From the NCBI GenBank assembly GCA_047284725.1, contig JBJBEO010000001.1, positions 320,001 to 384,000 on the forward strand: a DNA stretch of 64,000 nucleotides, in the 5' to 3' direction. Of the stretch, positions 40,940 through 51,200 are shown piece after piece. The first letter of the stretch is position 1. Each line of letters opens with the position of its first letter. The position numbers and the translations under genes were made by a program. The notes below the pieces were generated by a model. It saw only the letters and a program-made list of their open reading frames with translations, was not told the origin of the DNA and made no database searches. The stretch comes from Synechococcus sp. GTDB lineage: Bacteria; Cyanobacteriota; Cyanobacteriia; PCC-6307; Cyanobiaceae.

Positions 40940-42281
40940 GTGACCTGCACAGCGGTGCGATCGAGATGCCTTGAACCAACAGATTCAGGATCACGGCGAT
41001 AAAAATAATTCCCTGCGAATTCTGTGCCAGTTGTGCGGCAGTTTGCGGTTCGAGGCCGGGGTAATTCGCAATCGCTGCTTGCACCGTGAACGACAGTGCC
41101 AGAGGGACGGCACCGCGTAAGCCGCACCAGGCGATGATGGCTGATTCGCGGCGATTGAAGGGGGAAGAGTGTTGAAAGCACACGACGCTGAGCGGTCGTG
41201 CCACAAGCATCAGTGCCGCTGCCGCTGCGATGCCAGCGGGGATGCACGGCAGAAGGTCGATCGGGTGAATCAGTAGGCCAAATAACAGGAAGATGCTGAT
41301 TTCTGTCATGGTATTGAACGGCAGTAAAACATCTTGGATGCTTTGATGATTGACCTTCGGATCGTGATAGTGAAGGTTGGCCATGAAGGCTCCGGTGACG
41401 TAAACGGAGACGAACCCTGACCCTCCCAGGAAAAAAGAACAGCCGTAGTCGATCAGTGCAATGGACATGGCAACAATCAGGAGTTGCTCTTTGTCTGTGA
41501 CGAAATGATCGATGGTCAGTTTGGAGATATAGCCGAAGATGATGCCAACGAGAAGTCCAGAGCCAAGTTTCTGCAGCAGCTGGCTTGATGCGGCCAGTGC
41601 CAGCGATGGGAAGGAGTCGTTGGCGTTGTTGGAGGCAATGAAAAGGCTCAGGAAAATGCTGAAGATGATCAGCGCTGAGGGGTCGTTGAGCGCTGATTCA
41701 AATTCAAGCAGTTGCAGAACTTTCTGTGGAACATCGTTTCGCGCTTTGCGCAGCACGCTGAGGGTTGCGCCGGCATCGGTGGAGCCAAGGCAGGCAGCGA
41801 TGAGAAAGGCGGCGCCAAGGGGCATGGTTTCCGCGGTGCCCGGCGCCAATGTGGTGCCGGTGGATGAGCTCAGCCAGTAGATCGCGGCACCGAGAACGAC
41901 CGTGCAGATGGCAACGCCGCCAACGGCCAGCAGTAATCCGTACTCCAGAAATCCACGAATGGATTGCAGATCTGTCTTCAGGCCTGCATAAAACAGAAGT
42001 AGTGCCAGGGCAAAGGTATGCAGGTTTTCAACTTCCGCATGGCTGACATCGAGAATGTGGATATTGATGATCAGGCCAAGTCCTAAGACGCCTAAAATGG
42101 CTGGAATGCCGATGCGAATCGAGAACTTGTTAACAATCAGTGTGCCGAGAAAAATGATGCCGATAAACAGCAGCTGCGCTTCGATTGGAACGGCATGCAG
42201 AGACGAACTCCCTCCAGGCTCAGCGGTACCCAGTGGCATCAGAAGCATGGGGGATGGGCATAGGGTTTCTGCGATGTCCAT
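40917..42281 (-). CDS. CPA1-family cation/H+ antiporter (NhaP2/CvrA-like)
   Basis: Many TMs, STDAGA, FESALNDP, ARP, WCGLRGAVP. Confidence 0.88.
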   Translation of the reverse strand: MDIAETLCPSPMLLMPLGTAEPGGSSSLHAVPIEAQLLFIGIIFLGTLIVNKFSIRIGIPAILGVLGLGLIINIHILDVSHAEVENLHTFALALLLFYAGLKTDLQSIRGFLEYGLLLAVGGVAICTVVLGAAIYWLSSSTGTTLAPGTAETMPLGAAFLIAACLGSTDAGATLSVLRKARNDVPQKVLQLLEFESALNDPSALIIFSIFLSLFIASNNANDSFPSLALAASSQLLQKLGSGLLVGIIFGYISKLTIDHFVTDKEQLLIVAMSIALIDYGCSFFLGGSGFVSVYVTGAFMANLHYHDPKVNHQSIQDVLLPFNTMTEISIFLLFGLLIHPIDLLPCIPAGIAAAAALMLVARPLSVVCFQHSSPFNRRESAIIAWCGLRGAVPLALSFTVQAAIANYPGLEPQTAAQLAQNSQGIIFIAVILNLLVQGISIAPLCRSLSVPSQP

Positions 42282-42335
42282 TCTTGATCACCTGGTTCGA
42301 CACCGTGTTCCTGCGGGCTTGAACACGGTCTGTGG

Positions 42336-43463
42336 TCAGTGCACCTGATAGTGGAGCCAGCGGCAATCGATGCCGCCGTTGCTGACGGGGATACGCCTTG
42401 ATGCTTTCATCCGCAAGGCGCCTGTCACTGCCGCATTGCCGCTCAGCACCCAGGCATCCCAGCCAGAGGCCTTGGTTTTGAAACTGTTTCCCAGTGCTCC
42501 GTAGAGATCATCCAGTGCGTCGTCCCGGCCCACGCGCACGCCATAGGGCGGATTGCACACCAACACACCGGGGCCTGAAGGAAGGGTGAGGTCTCGAAAA
42601 TCACCGCACTGAATGGTGATGCAGTCGCTGAGTCCAGCCGCCTCCACATTGCTGCGCGCCTGGTCGGCAATGTGAGGGTCCTGTTCATTGCCGATGATCG
42701 GCGGCAGCAGACGCTGATGCTGTTCGCGTTTGCGCGCCCGCTCCTCCTCCTGTGACCAGAGCTCGGCATCGAAATCGGCCCAGCCTTCGAGGCTGAAGCG
42801 GCGTTCAAGCCCCGGGCACAGGTTCCTTGCCTGGCTGGCTGCCTCGATCAGCAGGGTGGCAGAGCCACAGAGGGGGTCCACCAACGGCGTGGTGCCATCC
42901 CATCCCGTGAGGCGGATCAGGCCTGCAGCAAGGTTTTCCTTCAAGGGAGCGTCTCCCATGGCAGCGCGATAGCCGCGGCGATGGAGGCTGCCGCCGCAGC
43001 CATCGAGGCTGAGCACCGCCCCGCCCCGGCCGAGGTGGAGATGCAGGTGCAGGTCGGGGTCCTCCAGGTCGACCGAGGAGCGCTCACCCCAGAGCTCCCG
43101 TTGGCGATCCACGATCGCGTTCTTCACCTGCAGGGCGTTGTAGTGGCTGTGGTTCAGTCCCTGGGCGCTGCCGGTGGCATCGACACGGAAGCTCATCGAA
43201 GGGTGCAGCCAGCGCTCCCATTCCATGCTCTCCTGCACGCCGTAATAAAGGGAATCCCTGCCATCACAGGGGAAGCTGGCCAGCTCTCGCAGCAATCGGA
43301 AGGGAAGGCGGCATTGCAGATGGAGGCGATACAGACAGGCCATGTCGGCTTCGAAGGCCGCGGCGCGTCGTAATGGCCGCACGGCCTTGGCTCCCAGGGC
43401 GATGAGCTCCTCGACTCCTGCGTCCTCCAGCCCCTGGGGCAGCACGGCCACTCCGTGATGCAT
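42336..43463 (-). CDS. THUMP-domain RNA methyltransferase (RlmL-like)
   Basis: LHRRGYR, APLKENLAAG, DPLCGSAT, NPPYG. Confidence 0.88.
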   Translation of the reverse strand: MHHGVAVLPQGLEDAGVEELIALGAKAVRPLRRAAAFEADMACLYRLHLQCRLPFRLLRELASFPCDGRDSLYYGVQESMEWERWLHPSMSFRVDATGSAQGLNHSHYNALQVKNAIVDRQRELWGERSSVDLEDPDLHLHLHLGRGGAVLSLDGCGGSLHRRGYRAAMGDAPLKENLAAGLIRLTGWDGTTPLVDPLCGSATLLIEAASQARNLCPGLERRFSLEGWADFDAELWSQEEERARKREQHQRLLPPIIGNEQDPHIADQARSNVEAAGLSDCITIQCGDFRDLTLPSGPGVLVCNPPYGVRVGRDDALDDLYGALGNSFKTKASGWDAWVLSGNAAVTGALRMKASRRIPVSNGGIDCRWLHYQVH

Positions 43464-43533
43464 CGCTCTGCGTTGACGGTTTTCCCTCGCCAAGTGCGTG
43501 TGCTCCGGTTCACCACTGCTGTCAGAATGGCAA

Positions 43534-43808
43534 GGTCCGGTTTCGGCCGGACTAGGTGATCCACACCGGTGTTTCGGACAGCGGTTCGATTCCGCTCAGC
43601 TCCATTTCCCCTTTTCTGGGGCTGCAATGGTTTCGACGGGGCATAAGGAGGGTGACTGAAGCCTGCTCGGTAAGAGCAAACCCGTAACAGCGAACAACAT
43701 CGTTCGTTTCTCCCGTCAAGCAGCCCCTGTTGCTGCCTGACCCAATAAGGGAGATGGGGTGAGGTCAGCCTTATCACCCAATTGACTCATGGGGGCTGGA
43801 AGGCCCCT
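43534..43808 (+). ncRNA. ssrA: Circularly permuted (two-piece) tmRNA
   Basis: T-arm/acceptor 3' end (gcggttcgattccgctcagctcca, ends 43604) precedes the usual 5' end ggggctgcaatggtttcgacgggg (43618); tag ORF 43690-43740 ANNIVRFSRQAAPVAA*; outer ends approximate. Confidence 0.95.
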
Positions 43809-43854
43809 TCAATACTGACAACTCGGCACTTACGTCAACACCAAGAAATAGGGG

Positions 43855-43875
43855 TGTTGCCAAAACTGTTGCCAA
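43855..43875 (+). repeat. Tandem 9-bp direct repeat, probable integrase arm-type binding sites
   Basis: tgttgccaa-aac-tgttgccaa between tmRNA and integrase start. Confidence 0.55.
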
Positions 43876-43897
43876 CGTTCCTTTCGTCTTCTCGGGC

Positions 43898-44856
43898 ATG
43901 GATAAGGCGGAGGCCCTGGCCTACGTCAGCCGCTTGTTTGATGCGGCAGCAGCCGGCGCCGTTCTCTGGGGGGACAAGCTCCTCCTGAAGCGATTCCTTG
44001 AGCAGTGCTCGCGCACTGGCTCCCAGGAGACCAAGGACGGCTATCGGCGAGAGCTGCAGCACTTCACCCGCTGGCGTGACCAGAATCACCCACACATGCA
44101 CCTGAGGGAACTCGATCCCGCGCTGGTGGATGACTGGGTGTCCCGACTGCGGGAACAAGTGAAGGCGGGCGAACTCAAGCCCCGCTCGTTCAACCGGCGG
44201 GTCAGCGCGGTGAGCGCCCTCTACCGATGGGCGTCGGAGCCTACGCGAGCAGCTGTGACAGGAGTGCCGCGCAACCCAATCCCCCGAAGAACAGGAATGT
44301 CGGCACCAAAGTTGGCCAAACCGCTGGCTGAGTCGGATCTGACATCAGTTCTCGGAGTTATCAGTGCCGCGAAGGTAAAGGGGTCAGCCATCGCAGCGCG
44401 GGACTACGTCATGGTCCGCGGTTCCTACCTGCTGGGCTGCCGGGTGTCCGAGCTGTGCCGGCTGCGCTGGGAGGACCTCGAACCGCTGGGTGAAGGCGGC
44501 AACGTACGGCTGCTGGGTAAGGGGAGTAAGCCCCGCACCATCCATGTCAGCGCGGCGACGCTGGAGCTGTTCAAGTCGTTGGGCCGCGGCAAACCCGAAG
44601 AGTGGCTGTTCCCTTCCAATAGGAGGAATGGCCCATTGACCCGACAGGCGGTGGCCGCTCGCATGGCGATGTGGGGCCGGGAAGCAAACGTCCGGCTCTA
44701 TCCGCACCGTTGCCGCCATACCCACGCCACTCATGCCATCAGGAGAGGAGTTGATGTCTTCACGCTTCAAGCAACCCTCGGACACAGTTCACTGGCACGA
44801 CAGGCCATTACGTTGCTGCTGAGCCTGGCGACAGTTTTTCTTTGCGGCTGGGCTAA
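43898..44856 (+). pseudogene. XerC/D-like tyrosine integrase with a frameshift just before the catalytic Tyr
   Basis: ETKDGYRREL, LLGCRVSEL, GKGSKPR, PHRCRHTHATH, LGHSS; expected tail TTGHYVAAEPGDSFSLRLG* lies in another frame from ~44797. Confidence 0.85.
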
Positions 44857-44935
44857 TGGAAGGTTTCATTTCTGACACTTCATTGGTTTAGTAGTGAGTT
44901 TCGTAAGCAGAGTTGCGCTAAGTCGTTTTTAATAA

Positions 44936-44994
44936 CGATTGTAATAAAAAAGGGGGACGGTTATTCACCAGCCCCCCTTTTTTTATTACAATCG
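44936..44994. terminator. Long inverted repeat, bidirectional terminator
   Basis: cgattgtaataaaaaaggggg ... ccccccttttttt-attacaatcg between convergent genes. Confidence 0.75.
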
Positions 44995-45200
44995 CAGGGC
45001 ACCCCCACACTGCCAATTTAGCAATATGCTGCTCTGATTATTGGGTCTCCAGGACTTATATGGCCCTGCTTTGATGGTTGTCTTCGTGCCTGTGACTATC
45101 TGCCAGGGTGCGTCCTGGGTCCCGCTGCACGCACGCGGCGGAACATAAGCCTGGGACTACGGGGTGACTAGCCGAGTGACCAATGCCTGGTGTGTCTGAA

Positions 45201-45641
45201 CTATGGCTTTTGAGTGATTTGAGGGGATCCCTGTCCCCGCCAATAGGCAAGAAGCTCCATCGGTGATGGAAAGTTCAGGCACTCCTCCCAGCACTCCATC
45301 ACAGCAATGTCTCCTTCTGTTAGCCAGGATGCAAACTTTTCAGTTGACATCTTTTTTGCAGCTGTTATCCCCTGAAACTTTTTTGGATCAGCTTGCTTGT
45401 AAGGTTTGACAAGTTCACTAAGCCATGTCTTGGTCATCTTCCTTTTCGCTGGAGCGAAAGGAACTGGCATCGCCGATGGCAATGCTTTGAATGATGACGA
45501 ACGAGATTGACTGCTTTGACGGGCATCTTCCAGGATCCGATTCGTGTTGTCGATGTGTTGACCAGCTCGGCGAGCCATTCGCCTGTCGGTCTCAACCATC
45601 CGGTCAATCAGATGATTTAACCCATCAGTGATTGAACTCAT
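45201..45641 (-). CDS. Hypothetical protein (146 aa)
   Basis: ATG overlaps the TGA of the upstream reading frame (ATGA coupling). Confidence 0.7.
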   Translation of the reverse strand: MSSITDGLNHLIDRMVETDRRMARRAGQHIDNTNRILEDARQSSQSRSSSFKALPSAMPVPFAPAKRKMTKTWLSELVKPYKQADPKKFQGITAAKKMSTEKFASWLTEGDIAVMECWEECLNFPSPMELLAYWRGQGSPQITQKP

Positions 45642-46088
45642 ACACCTGCCTCAATCTGCTGTATGTCATGGATGTCTTTGGCTGCTTTCCAAGCACGCAT
45701 GAATGCGTAGCAAGCAGCAAGCAATCGTTTGATAGGGCGTGCTCCTTGGTAGGTGCCTGGTCCTTTTTGATACTCCTCTATACCCTCAACAATCTCATCT
45801 CCAGCCTTTTCAAGGCTGGAGAAAACATCCCTGTATTTGGTGAGGATTCCTAGGAGCTGTGCACGTTCTTGATAATCCAGCTTCGCGTCATTGGCGTAGC
45901 TGCTGATCTCTTCTTGCAGCTGGTCAATTAGTACGTCTCTCTCCTTGACCTGGCGGATGTACTGGCTTCTGCTTCGGTTAACGGTTATTGCAGCTTTCCG
46001 TAGATGGTCGTATTGCTTACGGAGATCAGAGGGCTCTGGCTTGACCGGGAAGACCTTGCCGATGGATGCATAGGGGGGCTTGGGTCAC
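45638..46088 (-). pseudogene. Coiled-coil protein (~149 aa) with +1 frameshift in a C6 run near the start; absent from ORF track
   Basis: Open frame YASIGKVFPVKPEPSDLRKQYDHLRK...LEKAGDEIVEGIEEY...AFMRAWKAAK...EAGV*; removing one base from G6 at 46073-46078 joins it to GTG 46088. Confidence 0.7.
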
Positions 46089-46231
46089 AACGCTCTACTC
46101 GTACCGAGTCCCATGATCCCATGCCTGTGGGAGGGTTTTACTGAGATCCGACTGGGCTATGCGCTTTGCGCATGATTAAGCGCATTGCTCCCGTCTCGGA
46201 TTAGGAATAGAAAAGTCAAGCTGTCGCCTCT

Positions 46232-47977
46232 GTGTCCGCAGTCCTTCTGTTCATCACCGGAGTTCTAGCCGGCGTGATCGTCGGCTTCATCCTCAGCAAG
46301 ATGTTTGGTCGTTCCAAACCAGCTGCAAATACTGGAGACCTGGGGCTTTTAGAAGAACGCCTTGGGCAGGCCAATGAAGGTCTGGGGAAGTTCAGTCTTC
46401 AGCTTGAAGCACAGAACGCAGAGATCAAAGAACAGCAGCTGCAACTACAGGCAGCCAAAGAGGCCGCGGCAATCAGTCGAACACAGCTTGATGCCGTCAT
46501 AAGGGAGCGCGATGGACTCAGGTCGTCAGAAGCAAGTACAAAGTCAGCACTGGAACAGACACGGATCCAAAAAGAGGAGCTGAGCGCACAAGCTGCTGAA
46601 GCTACTGAAAAACTCAAATCTCATTTGGAGCGCATTGAGGTTCTGAGCCAGGAGCGGGACGAACTCAAATCATCCATAACCACCACGAAGGTGGTGCTGG
46701 AGGAAACCCGCCTCCAAAAAGAGGAGCTGAACACCCAAGCGGCGGAAGCTGCCGAGAAACTGAAGTCTCAACAGAACCAGGCACGGACTGAGCTGAATGC
46801 CATAACCGAGGAACGTGATGGGCTTAGAGAGGCTCAAAAGCGGTTGAGCGCAGACCTTGAAGAGATCCGTTCAGCCAAGGAGGACCTCAGCAAGAAAGCA
46901 GCTGAGGTCTCAGAAATGCTCAGGTCGCAGGAAAGCCAAACCCAGTTCTTGGAGCAAGCAAGAGCAGATCTGCTTACCCAATTCCGTTCTCTTAGCGGGC
47001 AGATGCTGGATGGGTCGAGGGAAGCTCTGCTCAAGAGCACCAAAGAGACCGTCAGCGAGCCCTTCTCGAAGCAGATGGAGCAGCTTCGCCAGCAGATGCA
47101 GGTGCTTCAGAAGGAATCGGTCGAAAAGCTTGGGGTGCTTGCTCAGACCACCATCGACCTAAAGCAACGCAGCGAGGACGTCCAAGGAGCAGCCCAACAG
47201 CTCACCTCAGCCTTGAGGTCTCCAAACGTCAAAGGGCGCTGGGGGGAGGTCAACCTCCGAAGGATCTTGGAGTTCGTGGGGCTGATCAGCTACTGCGACT
47301 TTGATGAGCAGGTGCATGTCGGAACAGAGGACGGTGCCTACAGACCTGACTGCGTAATAACCATTCCTGGATCAAGAAGGCTGATCGTCGACTCCAAGGC
47401 ACCGATTGAGAGCTATCTGGATGCTCTGCAAGCAAACGATGAGGCACAACGCGAAGCAGCACTGAAGGAGCATCTGAGGAAGGTGCGCAGCCACGTTGAT
47501 CTGCTGAGTAAGAAGGATTACGCCAGCAAGCTCAGTTCCCTGGGTCAGGTCGTGGATGGAGTGGTGCTGTTTATTCCTGTGGAAGGTGCCTTATCGATGG
47601 CACTGGAACGCGACCCAGATCTCTTGGAGTACGCCTTCAGTAAGAACATCATCCTGACCTTCCCAACAAGCCTGCTGGCGATCCTGAAGGGTCTGGCGAT
47701 GTCCATACAGCAGGCTGAGATCGCCACCAATATTGAGGAGATCCAAAACAACGCTGTTGAGCTACACAAGCGATTCTTGACCTTCGTGGACAAGTTCAAC
47801 ACTGTTGGCAGCAACCTGGCTCGACTCAACAAGAGCTACAACGAAGCAGTTGGATCAGCACAAAGCAGGTTGATACCTCAGGGAAGACGATTCTCTGAAC
47901 TAGCTGGACAAAGCGGAGAGGCAAAACTAAACGATGCTATTGACAGTGTTGTCAGAGAGATTCAGGCTGGCGAGTGA
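46232..47977 (+). CDS. rmuC: RmuC-family protein with N-terminal TM and repeat-expanded coiled coil
   Basis: KGRWGEVNL, RPDCVITIP, VDSKAP, HVDLLSKKDY, VLFIPVEG. Confidence 0.9.
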   Translation: MSAVLLFITGVLAGVIVGFILSKMFGRSKPAANTGDLGLLEERLGQANEGLGKFSLQLEAQNAEIKEQQLQLQAAKEAAAISRTQLDAVIRERDGLRSSEASTKSALEQTRIQKEELSAQAAEATEKLKSHLERIEVLSQERDELKSSITTTKVVLEETRLQKEELNTQAAEAAEKLKSQQNQARTELNAITEERDGLREAQKRLSADLEEIRSAKEDLSKKAAEVSEMLRSQESQTQFLEQARADLLTQFRSLSGQMLDGSREALLKSTKETVSEPFSKQMEQLRQQMQVLQKESVEKLGVLAQTTIDLKQRSEDVQGAAQQLTSALRSPNVKGRWGEVNLRRILEFVGLISYCDFDEQVHVGTEDGAYRPDCVITIPGSRRLIVDSKAPIESYLDALQANDEAQREAALKEHLRKVRSHVDLLSKKDYASKLSSLGQVVDGVVLFIPVEGALSMALERDPDLLEYAFSKNIILTFPTSLLAILKGLAMSIQQAEIATNIEEIQNNAVELHKRFLTFVDKFNTVGSNLARLNKSYNEAVGSAQSRLIPQGRRFSELAGQSGEAKLNDAIDSVVREIQAGE

Positions 47978-48159
47978 AATGAACATTACAATAAGAAAAT
48001 AAGTGCAACACTGCTTCAAGGAATTATGGCAAGAGAATAACATCGACCAACGACGCCTCGCCGAGTAGCGTCAACACCTAAGCCAATGAAAAGATGTTTT
48101 CCAAATAAAATTGCATAGACTTTTTTGAGATTAAACAATACACTTTATGATTGCCCGAA

Positions 48160-50373
48160 TCAACCGAAGACAATCTGGCTAAATTTGGCCTTGTATTCGG
48201 AGCAGAAGGCTTCATACTTTATGCATCGTCTATCGACATTGTCGGCAATCATCTCATAGGCGTTCTTTGTCACAGCAACATGAGTTGGGGGTTGATTCTT
48301 GTCAGGCTGCACAATAAGAAGAAGCCAATAATTGTCACCTTTCTCTTTTGCTGCAAATATTTCATTGTCGGTAACCCGGAATTCTGCACCGATGGACTCA
48401 ATCAGCTTAACTTCAACATATATTTCTCGCTCGCTACCATTTTCAAGGCCAATCAAGTCACATCCACAGTTCCTTTTTGAAACGTCCTTAGCATCAATCC
48501 CCAGCGAAGAAAGTATATCAATAGCAAAAACTTCTGCCTTTCTCCAAGATGCCTGGTCATTCGCCGATAGACCTCGAGAATAACCGCCCTCTTTCGAAAA
48601 AATCTGATTACTTACATAAACAGCTTCAGCAGTTGATCTTGCCAAAAATGAGGAATCTTGACTCGCCTGTATTGGCTTCTCTTGCATAAGTTCAAGCACT
48701 GGATGGTAAATAGGATTGCCATCTCTTTTCATTGACTCTTTCTGTCTTTCTATGAGTTTTGCCGGGAAATGTGAGGGATCAAGTCCTAGCATTAGATGCC
48801 AATCAATACAGCCAAGGCCCCCGCAGAATCGTGTGATTGAATCAAAGGCAAATTCATCTACTTGCAGGATTTTACTACTGTTTATTTCGTTTGCTGATTG
48901 AATCTCTTTATTAGTGCAGACTATAAGTTTTGCATTTTGAAGATATTCATTTTCAAGCGCCTTGACGTATCTGAGCTCTCTTATGTCGTCGTTAATATAT
49001 TTTATAATGTTCATCGTGGTCTGTAGCGAAAGGGGCCTCGCCTCTAGTTGATCAAAAAGCATGATAAGGGAAATCTCTGAAGCTCCTATTAACTTAAAAA
49101 AAACCATAGTAATCTTGGTTGCTTAATTGCTCATACAAAACCGCTTTTCTGGAATTTAATAAGCAATAGTTCTTGTAATCATCTATGGTCATCCAAGACG
49201 GCTTGATGAGAAATGAGGAGTAGTCAATGCCTGCATCCTTTGCCGCATTCTTTATTGAGCTAGCAATAATGGAGGGTGATATGTCTAGAATATCTGCTTT
49301 ATGGCAGGGAATTATTATTTCAAGAAGTTGAGAATCTTCAGGGCTTAGTTGTTCAATACTCTGCTGATATAGAAGTTCACTGATAAGTTCAATAACATCC
49401 GTCATTATTTTTTTCGTGTGCTCATCGGTCGCAATTCTTGTCCTGGATGGATCTGTACTAAAGTCTCCATTGATAATTGCTCCTAGGCCAGTCACGGTAA
49501 GCATTGGTAAAAATGCTTGGGCGTATGCTTTGGTTTTGGGAAGTCTTTTTGGTATCCCATCCTCTAGATCCGAAGAGATTGAAATGGATTTGTATTTCCA
49601 AATCCTAGCTATCTTGTTTTCGTCGTATGATTTCTTGTTTATCTCACTTTTGAAGTCAATATTTATATCCTGAAATGGCACTTTTCCTTTGAATTCTTGG
49701 TCTTGTGCTGCGCTTTTGCTGACCGAAATGCAGCACTCGTTGGCCATGCTAATCGTGATATTTGAAATTGAATTTAGAAATGTAATGGCATTCGATTTGA
49801 TACCTCTCATGTCCTGTAAGAGTTGATCTGTGTTGACATCATGGAGGACAAAGCAAGTCGTACATGAATGCTCTGCAAGTAAGTTTTTTGCATCTTCCTT
49901 GATTTGACTGTTTATGCTTCCCCAGTGAGGAACACGAAGAAGTGGCACATCTGCATCACTGGCAAATAGTTTTTTAGTTTTATTTTTTGAAAAGTAAACC
50001 TCAAGATTGCCGCTATAGATTGAAATCTCTTCCGCGACACCCGCCGTAGACTTAAAGCCTATTCCGCGATATCCAATATTTACGCCCCGCTGCTTCGCTG
50101 AAAAAGCGCTTCTACATATGGATTCTAAATCACTGCAAGTAAATGGTGTTCCATTGTTCAAGAAAAAAGATTGCTGCCAAGCTTTTTTGCGACAAAGCAG
50201 CTCGAGTTGCAATCGTCAGCATTTTGGATTAATTCGTAAAATACTCTTGAGACGTATGTTTCGGATATATATCGCCCAAGACCAGCAATTTCTTCAATGA
50301 TTTTAGTGTTAGCTTGCGCCTCAAGCTGAATCTCCTGGGCTTTTGATTGAAGAGCAGTTTGACTGTTATCCAT
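48160..50373 (-). pseudogene. Sacsin-type GHKL ATPase fused to DUF3883 nuclease (~737 aa), split by two homopolymer frameshifts
   Basis: FYELIQNADD / NNGTPF / IGYRGIGFKS / INGDFSTDPSR, C-terminal AE...DVSKRNCGCDL...YVEVK...TDNE...YWL; breaks at A6 50163-50168 and A8 49096-49103. Confidence 0.85.
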
Positions 50374-50692
50374 TTGCAGGTGCTTGTTATACGGAAAAGA
50401 GCGCAAGTCGAAGGTCTCGTGTTGCTCGTGAGTTGGGATTGAGCTGCTGCGAGGCGTCTAGAATAGTTTTAGCCGAAGATTCATGTGAATCAAGGTTAGA
50501 ATAAATGATTACATGCTCAAATAATTTATGGTGTCGTTCTGTCGGCTTACAATTGGCAATATGTCCAGATTTGGCGGGCCAATCAGATCGCCTTGCTGGT
50601 TAGGTGTATTGCCAAGCGTGGGGCACTGATTGCTAACAGTCAGTGCCTGATGCTTTGCGCCAACGGCTTGCAGGGATTCTGCAGAGGGAAGC

Positions 50693-50884
50693 GTGAACAG
50701 GGATCTGACCTGCATTGACAGCACCATTGCTGACACCGCTGATCAGCAAGGCACCCTCACGGAACTGCTTCTCGATCTGATTGTGCTGTTTGCAGGCGCC
50801 ATGAGAGTCACCCTGCGTGAGCTGACCGTTCAAGTTCAACTAACCGAGTGCGATGCCCCGATCCACCAACAAGCAGATCGCTGA
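50693..50884 (+). CDS. Small hypothetical protein
   Basis: 63 aa ORF overlapping the start of the next gene. Confidence 0.35.
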   Translation: MNRDLTCIDSTIADTADQQGTLTELLLDLIVLFAGAMRVTLRELTVQVQLTECDAPIHQQADR

Positions 50885-51200
50885 TCGGGTCGCAACACTC
50901 AAGGCAATGATCCTTAGCGGCAGCAGCAACAGCACCGCCGTCAGGTTTGCGTCAGACGAATGGGGCCTGAGTCAGCGGCAGTGTCACAGGCTCCTAGCTC
51001 GTGCATGGGAACAGATCCGTGCTGATGTGCAGCCACTTGATCGCAAGGACTTGGTGGCTTGGGCTGTGCATACGTTGCAGGAGACAGCGGGTGATGCGGC
51101 AAGACGTGGGCAGCCTGCTGCGGTTGTCGGTGCCATCAGGGAACTGTCGAATTTGTGTGGCTTGAGCACGGCATCAACGCCACGGGGATGGCGGCGTTGA
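50853..51200 (+). CDS. HTH protein resembling cyanophage/satellite terminase small subunit
   Basis: RSTNKQIADRV...EWGLSQRQCHRLLARA...DRKDLVA...GQPAAVVGAIREL..LCGL pattern. Confidence 0.55.
   Translation: MPRSTNKQIADRVATLKAMILSGSSNSTAVRFASDEWGLSQRQCHRLLARAWEQIRADVQPLDRKDLVAWAVHTLQETAGDAARRGQPAAVVGAIRELSNLCGLSTASTPRGWRR

Noticed and set aside
43193..43777. 194-aa minus-strand ORF
   Set aside because: Overlaps tmRNA and the methyltransferase gene; spurious
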